Shown in pieces: positions 15,001 to 23,539 of a stretch of DNA of 64,000 nucleotides. Numbering within the stretch: the first letter of the stretch is position 1; every line of letters begins with the position of its first letter. A program made the position numbers and the translations under genes. Under the pieces are notes generated by a model. It made no database searches. It had not been told where the DNA came from and worked only from the letters and a program-made list of their open reading frames with translations. Source of the DNA: Phaeosaccion multiseriatum (Eukaryota; Protista; Ochrophyta, other classes); contig OZ218951.1 in the NCBI GenBank assembly GCA_965112735.1, positions 992,001-1,056,000 of the forward strand, given 5' to 3'.

Positions 15001-17580
15001 GGCCCTGGAGCAGCTGTTGGAGTACTGGCAGGGGCAGCTAACGGGGGCGTCTACACTGACCCTGCCCCTGGACCGACCGCACGGTGCTTTCGGCCCGCAT
15101 CTGACGGAGACTATAGGTCAAGATGGGATTGTGGGGGGGCGCGGCGGGAGTGTCGCTGTTGTTCTGCCGGCTTCGCTGATAGTGAAGCTGAGCAACCTAT
15201 GCTCGAGCAGCTCCGCCACGTTGTTTGTGGGGCTCATGGGCGCGTTCCAAGTGCTGCTGGCTCGTGTGTGCGGAGCGGAGGATGTGGTGGTGGGCACTGC
15301 GCACTTCGGAAGAGACGTGGCGCAAGGCTTGGAGGGCGTGCTGGGATGCTTCGTCAACACCCTCGCGTTCCGTCTGGGCCTGGGGGGAAACCCCAGCTTT
15401 CGGGAGGTGCTTCTTCGCGTGCAAGTCGCGTATCTGGGTGCCATGAAGCATGCCGAGGCACCGTTCCACAAGGTGGTGGAGCGGGCCCAGCTGGGCAGAA
15501 AGAGTGGTGGCAAGGCGCTACAAGCCTTCTTTGTACTGCAGGAGGGAAATGCCAGCGCCGTGGAGGAGGAGGCCCAGCTGTCAGCTGGAGCACTCCACAA
15601 GATCATGACGGAGGAGGCTGGAGAGCAGCAGGCCAATAATCTTAGCAAGACTGACATCGAGCTATGCCTTGTGCGCAGCACGGACAGTGCGTCGGACATG
15701 CACGGCAGCCTGTGCTACAATATGGCGGTGTTCGACCAGGCCACAGTGGAGACCCTGGCGCGGAGCTTCCTGGCGCTGCTGGAGAGTGCAGTGGGCAGGC
15801 CGGGCGAGAGCGTGTGGAAGCTGGGTCTCTCGGCACACGAGGACCGTGTGAAGGTGGTGGAGACGCTGAGCGGCGCTGCACTGGTGGCGGAGGATGCCAA
15901 TGGAGATGAGGAGGGAGGTGCAGAGGAAGCATCGCCACCACCGCCCCTCCTGCACGCGGCTTTCGAAGAGATGGCCTCTCGTAGTCCGGAGCAGGAAGCC
16001 CTGCACGAGTATGAAACAGGTCGGGTGATGAGCTACGGGGAGCTCAATGGGCATGCGAATACGGTGGCGTGCATGCTGCAGGGGAGGGGCGTGCGGCCGG
16101 AGTGCCTGGTGGGGGTGCTGATTGCTGGGGACTGCGTGGAGGCGGTTGTGGCAGTGCTGGGCGTGCTCAAGGCCGGGGCGGCGTACGTGCCCCTGGATCC
16201 CGAGCATCCCGATGACAGGCTGTCGATGATCGCACAAGACGCAGGGCTGAGCGTCGTTCTGACGACGGCAAAGGCAGCAGGCGAGTCTGAGGGGCTGGAA
16301 TCCGCCGATGCCAGCTTAGCGCGGCGTGTCGGAGACGTGAGCTGTGTGGACGTGGTGGCTGTGATGCAAGTGGAGAGTACCGCGGAGCCTGTGTGCCACG
16401 CGGTGGGCGAGAGCATGGCGTACGTGATCTACACATCCGGTAGCACAGGCCGGCCAAAGGGCGTGATGATTGAGCACAGAAGCACGGCCTGCTTCATGGC
16501 GACTCTCTACGAATTCGAACTGACAGTGACAGCATCTTCGCGCGTGCTTCTGAGCAGCGCTTTGACTTTCGATGTGTCTATGGCGTTGCTGTTCGGGACG
16601 TTGTCGTGTGGGGCGACGCTGTGTTTGGCAGAGAAGGGCTCCCTGCTGAACGACCTGCCGGAGCTGATACGGTATTTCGGGGTGACGGAAGCTGAATTCA
16701 CCCCCTCACTGTTGTCACTGCTGAAACCGGGAGACATTATGGAGGAGGGCACCTTACGGTCCATCGCTTTGGGTGGGGAGACGGTGAAGCAGGATCAAGT
16801 GGACATGTGGAGGCACCATGTGCGCCTCGTTAATAGCTACGGTCCAACAGAGGCGACGGTTTCCGCGACCGCACATGAGTACTCCTCTGGGGCCCTGTCG
16901 AGCGCATCTGTCATCGGCAAGCCTCTGACCGGCGTGCAAGTGTATGTGGTGGACAAGCGTCTGCAGCTGGTGCCTCAGGGCGTGGAGGGCGAGCTGTGCA
17001 TTGGGGGGAGACAGCTGGCGCGTGGGTACTTGAACCGCCCAGAGCTCACGTCGAAGGCCTTCATCCCCGCGCCCTTCTTGACGGACCAGCGCAGAGTGTA
17101 TCGTACGGTAAGTCGAAAAGGTTGCCCATGGGTGTGCGGCTTTTTGTGTGTGCGTGTATTGTGTGTACATTTGGCTTGCTTTTGGCATGTCATGCAGTGA
17201 CAAGCAGAGCGCAGGGGGGGGTGGAGGTAGTTTTCTCTGCTGCCTATGGTGTAGTGTTCTGATCTGACGCGTCTCAAACATAACACGTTCGGACAGGGTG
17301 ACTTGGTGCGGCAGCTGGCAGACGGATCGCTGGTGTTTAGCGGTCGCCGAGACTCTCAAGTGAAGGTGCGCGGCTATCGCATTGAGCTGGGCGAGGTGGA
17401 GGCTGCGCTGCTCCATCAACGGGGGGTGGTGAGCGCTGTGGCAGCGGTGGACAGAGAGCGCGAGATGATTGTGGCGGCTCTGACACCTTCTAGCGCCGAA
17501 GTTGAGATGGTGCTGCAAGGAGTGAGCAGACTGCTACCGTCATACATGGTGCCGAGCACGGCTGTGGCCGTGGATGCTGT
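1..17580 (+). repeat. Tandem array of about 3.73-kb NRPS module units, introns included (units start at 3047, 6769, 10498, 14240; the first is partial)
   Basis: Near-identical sequence recurs at offsets of 3722, 3729 and 3742 bp. The 104-bp intron reads identically in four copies. Confidence 0.97.
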
Positions 17581-20500
17581 GCTGTGGGTGCCGTGGCCGT
17601 GGATGCTCTACCGATGACGAGCAGTGGAAAGAGAGACGTGAAAGAGGTGCTGAGGATGATCAAGGCGGAAGCGAAGGGAAACAAAACCGCTGTAAAGGCG
17701 TCCGACGGCGACGAGGCGTTAGGCGACACTGCCCGCCAAGTGCTGGGCATCCTGAGGCAGGCCACGGAGCAGCCTCACTTGCAGGCCAATGACGACTTGT
17801 TCGCAGAGGGAGGAACATCGTTGAGTGCGGCTCAGGCGGTTTCGCGTATCCGGGCAGAGGTTCCCGGCTTCGAGGTGAGTGACTTTGAGCACAAAGCTTT
17901 CGTTGTGTTGTGTCTCGCCCTTGTTGCTGACCCTGTTGTGTCTGTGTGACTCCTGCAGGCTCTGACAGTAATGCAGATCTTCCAGAACCGAACCGCTGTG
18001 GCACTTTCAGTGCTTGGTGCCGCGGAGGAGGGCGGAGGTAGAGGAGACAGCGGGCAAGAGTCGTCGGCAGCAAGCGAAGCCCGACTGAAGGACGAGGAGC
18101 GCGATTTCGAGTCAGCCGGTGAAGAAGGGGAAGCGATGAAAGCGCACCGGAGGCCCAGCACTGGCAACCAAGTGGTGCTGCAGGTTCTGAGTTGGCTGCT
18201 CGTTGTTGCTGTGCTCAGCGGCGGGTTTTCTCCCAGCTTCGTTGGCGTGTACTTGTTACGTAGAGCAGGGCGCGGCAATACGACGATTCTTTCTTGGCTA
18301 CCACTCCTCGTCGTCGTGTCAGTAAGTTGGGTCCTTGCCCTGATTGCAGTGGTGAAGTGGGCTGTGCTTGGCCGCATGCGACCGGGGCGATGGTCCGTGA
18401 GGAGCTCATACTACTGGCGGTGGTATGCTGTGCAGAATGTGCTGAAACTGGCCGCACGGCTGATTTCTGTTCTCCGTGGTACCTTCGCCTTGCGGGTGTG
18501 GAACCGCCTGCTGGGGGCACGAATCAGTGGAAGCGCGCGCTTAGAGAGCTGGCTGCTGCACGAGCATGACTTGATCGAGATTGGAGAAGGGGCCGTGATC
18601 GAGTACGGAGCCGTCATTCGCCCGTCTGTCATTACTCGAAATGGCATGCTCCATGTCCATCGCGTGAGGATCGGGAAGGGAGCAAAGGTGGGCATACTGT
18701 CCAACGTGTGTCCGTCTCCCTGGGAGGGGGGGCAGACGCAGGAGGGGGAGGAGGGCCTGGATGAGGAGCTAAAGGACTTGGTCATCGGCGAGGGGATGGA
18801 GCTCGGTCCGTACGCGTCGCTCGGCCATTCGCTACTTTCTGGCCCGCTGGCAGAGGTCGAACGCGAGCAGGGGCTGCGGCGGGCAGGAAAGGAGCTTTTT
18901 GCCTTGGCCCTGCTTTCAGTGACCAACTTGGGGTCGTACCTGCTGCCCCTCTGGATACTTGTGCTTGCCGGTGGGGGTGATGTGGACGACGCGGGGGAGA
19001 GTGTCCCCATCTTCGCTCGTACATTGGCGTTCCCCGTGCTGCTGCTGATCGGAAGCATGCTGTACATGGTGGCAGTGCTATCGATACAGCGTGTATTCTT
19101 GCTGCTCGGCCCCAGCGCCACCACACGGCTGTCACTCGGAGTTCTTCAGGAGAGTCCTCTCTTCAAGGTTGGCTTCCTTCTTGTGGCAAAATGTGGGCTC
19201 AACCGTGTTTTTGCTTCCGCCATGGGCGCCAAGCTGGAGCGGGGGTGCGCACTTTCTACCCTTCCTATCACTACGATATGGGAGAAGCTCAGGATAGGGG
19301 AAAACTCCCAGCTCGCGGGCTCTGTGCACCTTTTCGCTGATGCGGGTGCCCGTGGAGACGAGGATACGCAAAGCATCACAATCGGCCGCTTCAGCATTGT
19401 TGCGAACGAAGCTCTTCTCCTAGGCGGAGCTTGCATTGGGGACGGAAGCACGGTCGCAGATCGCACCGTTGTGAGTGGAGACGACGACGTACCGTGCAAC
19501 TCTTCTGTAGTGGGCGCCCCTCGGCCGTTTGTATTGCCGAACCCAATGAGTGCTGCTGCTGAGAAGGATGGCGTCGATGCAGCAGCCAGTCTTCCTGTTC
19601 CGTCGAGGATGCAGAATGCGCTGCGTGGGCTTGCGACTGTGGTGCTGCTCCTCGGCGCATGGTGTCCGGGGGTGTTGATCAGCGCGTCGGTAGCTGACCT
19701 GCTGTTGCGCAATGGCCATGTGCATGGGGCTGCCGCCTTCTGTCCCTTCGTCCTTCCAGAAGTGGTGGCGAGGGATACACTGAGCGAGAGCCATACTGGA
19801 GTGTTCTTTCTTGTGTTGGGGAGCTTCGTCTTTCAAGTTCTCATGGCCTTGGCGGGCGCTTGCTCAGCCATTCATTTCCATCGAGTTCTGGGCACATCCT
19901 TGCATGCCAAAGAGGGGCAGCCTCCCATAGCGCTCGATTCGCCTTCGCTGGATATATACCACTTGGGCAGCATGGCCCCTGGCTTCATTGAGGATCTCTG
20001 TATCAAGTACTTCGCGGGCGGGCCGGTGTACGCGGCGTGGCTGCGGCTGCTGGGGGCAAGTGTTGGCAAGGACACATCTTTATGGCTCAGGCCTACTGAT
20101 GCGCATCTTCTCGTCATTGGAGACGAAGCGGTGGTGTTGCAAGACTCCACAATCTTCGCGCACACCATCGAAGGCACGGGAGGGTTCGTCTTCAAGACTG
20201 TGCAAGTCGAGGAGAACGCGTGGCTCGGAGCAAGGGCTCACTTGCAGCCTGGATGCCGCGTTGAAGCAGGAGCTAACGTTGGTGACTTGAGCATGGCCAT
20301 GAGAGGTGAAAGTGTCACCAATTCAAAGCGTGGAGACGTGGCGTGGGTGGGCATACCGCTGAGAAAGCACGTCTTGTCCTCCCGAGCGCTCGCTGCGCCG
20401 CGTCACGGAACGGAGCTGGACAGCGGCAGAGCCCCGGCAGAAGAGCGAACCCTTCGCAACAAGGGCAGAGGGGGGTCGAGGAGACATGTGCTTCGAGAGA

Positions 20501-20595
20501 GAAGCAGCCCTCGCCGAGGAGGAGCGTCTTTCCGGCGGAAGAGTGTGCATCAGCCTGGGGAGACCAAGAATGCGGATAGATTCGATGTAGTTTGA
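1..20595 (+). CDS. Giant multimodular NRPS, 5'-truncated by the window edge: [C]-A-T-(C-A-T)x4-Pls/PosA-like terminal membrane domain, >6,300 aa if the frameshift at 17,579-17,607 is ignored. Exons: <1-2197, 2388-2942, 3047-5923, 6110-6664, 6769-9645, 9839-10393, 10498-13389, 13581-14135, 14240-17107, 17297-17874, 17959-20595
   Basis: C-domain motifs: [41 protein letters not shown]-domain motifs: [22 protein letters not shown], FDxSV, Nx[23 protein letters not shown]|[38 protein letters not shown]-domain motif: [10 protein letters not shown]. All ten GT-AG introns are phase 0 and rejoin split motifs, and every internal exon is a multiple of 3 except 17297-17874. Confidence 0.95.
17959..20595 (+). 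CDS. Terminal exon of the NRPS: end of the last T domain plus a Pls/PosA-like (NRPS_term_dom, TIGR02353-like) domain with three units of TM helices and hexapeptide/left-handed beta-helix repeats
   Basis: [23 protein letters not shown]...[19 protein letters not shown]...[11 protein letters not shown]. The second and third units carry AMGAKLERG...LRIGENSQL and [12 protein letters not shown]...[10 protein letters not shown]. Paired hydrophobic segments precede each unit. No TE (GxSxG) or reductase domain was seen. Confidence 0.85.
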   Translation, partial: ALTVMQIFQNRTAVALSVLGAAEEGGGRGDSGQESSAASEARLKDEERDFESAGEEGEAMKAHRRPSTGNQVVLQVLSWLLVVAVLSGGFSPSFVGVYLLRRAGRGNTTILSWLPLLVVVSVSWVLALIAVVKWAVLGRMRPGRWSVRSSYYWRWYAVQNVLKLAARLISVLRGTFALRVWNRLLGARISGSARLESWLLHEHDLIEIGEGAVIEYGAVIRPSVITRNGMLHVHRVRIGKGAKVGILSNVCPSPWEGGQTQEGEEGLDEELKDLVIGEGMELGPYASLGHSLLSGPLAEVEREQGLRRAGKELFALALLSVTNLGSYLLPLWILVLAGGGDVDDAGESVPIFARTLAFPVLLLIGSMLYMVAVLSIQRVFLLLGPSATTRLSLGVLQESPLFKVGFLLVAKCGLNRVFASAMGAKLERGCALSTLPITTIWEKLRIGENSQLAGSVHLFADAGARGDEDTQSITIGRFSIVANEALLLGGACIGDGSTVADRTVVSGDDDVPCNSSVVGAPRPFVLPNPMSAAAEKDGVDAAASLPVPSRMQNALRGLATVVLLLGAWCPGVLISASVADLLLRNGHVHGAAAFCPFVLPEVVARDTLSESHTGVFFLVLGSFVFQVLMALAGACSAIHFHRVLGTSLHAKEGQPPIALDSPSLDIYHLGSMAPGFIEDLCIKYFAGGPVYAAWLRLLGASVGKDTSLWLRPTDAHLLVIGDEAVVLQDSTIFAHTIEGTGGFVFKTVQVEENAWLGARAHLQPGCRVEAGANVGDLSMAMRGESVTNSKRGDVAWVGIPLRKHVLSSRALAAPRHGTELDSGRAPAEERTLRNKGRGGSRRHVLRERSSPRRGGASFRRKSVHQPGETKNADRFDVV

Positions 20596-20651
20596 TCCCT
20601 CTAGTAAGATACGGGCGATTGATGTATACTTGGCTGGCTGGTCCCGGACCC

Positions 20652-20831
20652 ATGATCGATGGGTGGATCCGCTTATCCGCCATGGCGCGCATCTCCGTGC
20701 TTGTGAACGAGCTCCGTGAGCGCGTGGACCAATTGTTGTTCGACAAGATGGAGTGCCCGGGTCTTGACATCACCGCAAGCCCGGTGGTACATGTGCTGGT
20801 GACGCTGCTGCTCACGGACGGGATGGCCTAG
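20652..20831 (+). pseudogene. Orphan C-terminal fragment of a DEAH-box RNA helicase (DHX57/DHX29/DHX36-like)
   Basis: IDGWIRLSAMARISVLVNELRERVDQLLFDKMECPGLDITASPVVHVLVTLLLTDGMA* matches the typical C-terminal pattern DGWI.F.A...A.L...LR..LD.LL..KI..P..D. No other helicase exons are in the window. Confidence 0.6.
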
Positions 20832-22045
20832 GGGGAGGGGAGGGGAGGAGGAGCGGAGGGGAAGGACAGGGAGGAGGGAGGAGGGAGGAGGAAGGAGCGA
20901 GGAAGGGAGAGAGGAAGGCCGAAGAGTCGTGGTAGAGGAGGGGCCAGAGAAGACAAGGGGGATGCGGCTTACATGATGCAGGCAGCGTGTGGAGCACGCA
21001 GCGAGAGGCCAAGTACGAGGTGCAGAAAGGAGCACAGCAGGTAGGGATGGCACTGGACGCGGAGGGAGGCATGGCAGGGGGGGGGGGGGGGAAGCGAATC
21101 GCGGCGGAGGAGGGAGCACACCATCCAAGGGGGGCAGCAAAGGGAGGCGTGGTGGAAGAGGGAGCACAGCACGTCAGGGGGGGGGGGAGGGAGGCGGGGT
21201 GGGGGGGGGGGCGTGGGGGCAAAAGTGGAGGAGAGAGTGGTGCCGATAGCAGAGGGAAGACCCCTTCCGGGGGCGGAGGAGGGGGTGGAAGTGGAGGTGG
21301 GGGCACAGTAGGGGGTGATTTGAGGACTGCGCCGGCTCACGGCGCTGGGAGAATGTAAGTGTATGGGCAGGACATCGACATTGGATATCGAGGAGGTCCG
21401 TTTCTGTCAAATTCGGAACAGTGGGAGGGGCGGTTCAGTGACGAGGCCGTGTAGGGGGGCAAAGTGACAAGGCCGTGTAGTAGCTAGGCAAAGGAGTATC
21501 AGGACAAGGACATCAAGGACATTGAGGCAAGTGTAAGGACAGGACATCATCGAAAGGGCTTTTTTTATATATAGCTATATACACACACTCTACTTAATCT
21601 ATCTTGGAGTGAGCGGTAGGCCTCTAGGAGGTTACTGAGAGCTGTTACGGGAAGGGTCGTCACTGCCGTGGCTCGGAGGCTAACAAGAAGCACAAAATGC
21701 ACCGCCTAGCTACTCGTCGATACTCGCAGGGGTGCCTGATCGAATGCTGGAGGCATATGAGCGGCCTATACATTTCACACCCCTGTTGCCACTGCGCTGT
21801 GCTGCTCCTGTGCTGCTCCTGCTCCTGCTTTGCTGCTCCTCCTTCACTGCTCCGCCCCACGCCTTGGGCGCCGCGTCGGCCCCACCCAATCCTCGGCTCC
21901 AGACTGGCCTAGAAGCCTAGGCCTAGAGACGAAATTCGGCCGGCCTAGGGGGGCCGCAGGCCCCCGGCCTAGGCCTAGAGGGGGCCGCAGGTCCCCGGCC
22001 TAGCTAGGCCTATTCTTGGCGCAGCCCCCCCGGCCTTGGCCTAGA

Positions 22046-22236
22046 TCGACCCTGGACAACAAGGTTACGGTGTGCGCCGGCCGTAATCAGTAATCAGCCC
22101 CCGGCCGGCGCAAAATCAGTAATCAGGCCGGCTGGTGCGGCTGTAAGCAACCAGACCGGCTGGCGCCGGTCATAATCAGTAATCAGGCCGGCTGCGCCGG
22201 CCGTAATCAGAATCAGATAATCTTGTCCAGGGTCGA
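22046..22236. mobile_element. MITE-like 191-bp element with 14-bp terminal inverted repeats
   Basis: TCGACCCTGGACAA (22,046-22,059) is the exact reverse complement of TTGTCCAGGGTCGA (22,223-22,236). The interior holds four GCCGGC...TAATCAG(T)AATCAG subrepeats. No clear target-site duplication. Confidence 0.5.
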
Positions 22237-22593
22237 CTCCCTCCCTCCCTCCCTCCCTCCCTCCCTCCCTCCCTCCCTCCCTCCCTCCCTCTCTCCCTCC
22301 CTCTCTCCCTCTCTCTCTCCCTCTCTCCCTCCCTGCCTCCCTCCCTGCCTGCCTCCCTCTCTCCCTCCCTCCCTGCCTCCCACCCTCCCTCCCTCCCTCC
22401 CTCTCTCCCTCCCTCTCTCCCTCCCTTCCTCCCTCCCTCCCTCCCTCTCTCCCTCCCTCCCTCCCTCCCTCCCTCCCTCCCTCCCTCCCTCCCTCCCTCC
22501 CTCCCTCCCTCCCTCCCTCCCTCCCTCCCACCCACCCTTCCTCCCTCCCTCCCTCCCTCCCTCCCTCCCTCCCTCCCTCCCTCCCTCCCTCCC
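22237..22593. repeat. (CCCT)n microsatellite
   Basis: Visible directly in the sequence. Confidence 0.97.
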
Positions 22594-23539
22594 TGTGTGC
22601 GCCGGCCGTAATCAGTAATCAGCCCCCGGCTGGAGCATACTAATCAATAATCAGGCCGGCTGCCTCGGCCGTAATTACTAATCAGATAGGTCGAGGCCTA
22701 GGCCTAGAACCGCCGGCCTAGGGAGAAAAAATGGCCGGCCTAGAGCGGCCAACGGCCGCCGGCCTAGCTAGGCCTAGAGCTCGGCCCCGTGCACGCCTAG
22801 CGGCCTAGGCCTATTTTGGAAAATTGCCCGGCCTAGCGAGGGCCGTAGGCCCTCGGCCTATTTGTAGGCCGCCTAGACGGCGGCCTAGGCGGCGGCCGGA
22901 GGCCCGCGGCCTAGGGGAGACGCCAACTATATGCCCCTGGGCTGGCCTGGAACCCGCCCAAGTGTCGTCAGTTTTAAGCAAATGTTAAGGAAAAGGGAGG
23001 AGTAGACTTGACTTGGTTCGTGTTGTCTCTTTCCGCCTCGCTGGCCCTACGAGGAGGCAGGCCTACAGTCGACTAGACTACAGGTGTGCTGCTACCCATT
23101 GGCTGGGCGGCACCACGCACGCGCCCACGGTCACTGGGAGGCTGCCTGCCTAGAGGCGGGCTATAGACCGCCTAGGGCTGAAAAGTGAGCGGTCTAGAGC
23201 GGCCGGAGGGGCTGATAGAGCATAATAGGCTTCTAGGCCAGTCTGGAGCCGACAATCCCTTACATGGCGGAAACCTCAAATCCCTGTTGAAACTTGACCC
23301 TTGGAAGGCAATTGGAAAAGAAAGAAAAATCCCTTCTCCTCTCCTCCAGCCAGCTCTTCCTCTTCTGTTGTACCATCGTCTGCAGTAGCGGGTGGAGGCC
23401 AGGAGGGGAGGGAAACGAGGGGGAACACACGGAAAGAGACGAAAGGTGGCGCAGGATCGCTCATTTGAAAGAAACAGGAACAGGGAGAGGGAAGAGAGCG
23501 ATAATACGAGGCAAAAGCAGCCGGTTGTCGGGCTAAAGG

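Larger units (their letters stand above)
21905..23240. repeat. GGCCTAG/CCTAGG palindrome-rich block enclosing TAATCAG subrepeats and a (CCCT)n tract
   Basis: Many GGCCTAG/AGGCCT/CCTAGG/GGCC palindromic words at 21,905-22,045 and 22,690-23,240. A 36-bp direct repeat lies at 22,070-22,105 and 22,595-22,630. Confidence 0.8.

Noticed and set aside
1-17580. NRPS repeats as separate tandem genes, or as a pure assembly artefact
   Set aside because: Phase-0 GT-AG introns join all the ORFs into one frame, and each module has its own distinct A-core, so these are not collapsed identical copies. Module order still needs long-read confirmation.
17579-17607. The 29-nt insertion as a micro-intron
   Set aside because: It starts with GT, but no sliding placement ends in AG.
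22094-22618. ORFs reading (GGRE)n/(LPPS)n, and similar (SQSV)n and (CV)n ORFs elsewhere
   Set aside because: Translations of microsatellites.
22070-22690. TAATCAG repeats (and the 57.9-kb minisatellite) as a CRISPR array
   Set aside because: Repeats are degenerate with short related spacers, there are no cas genes, and the context is eukaryotic.
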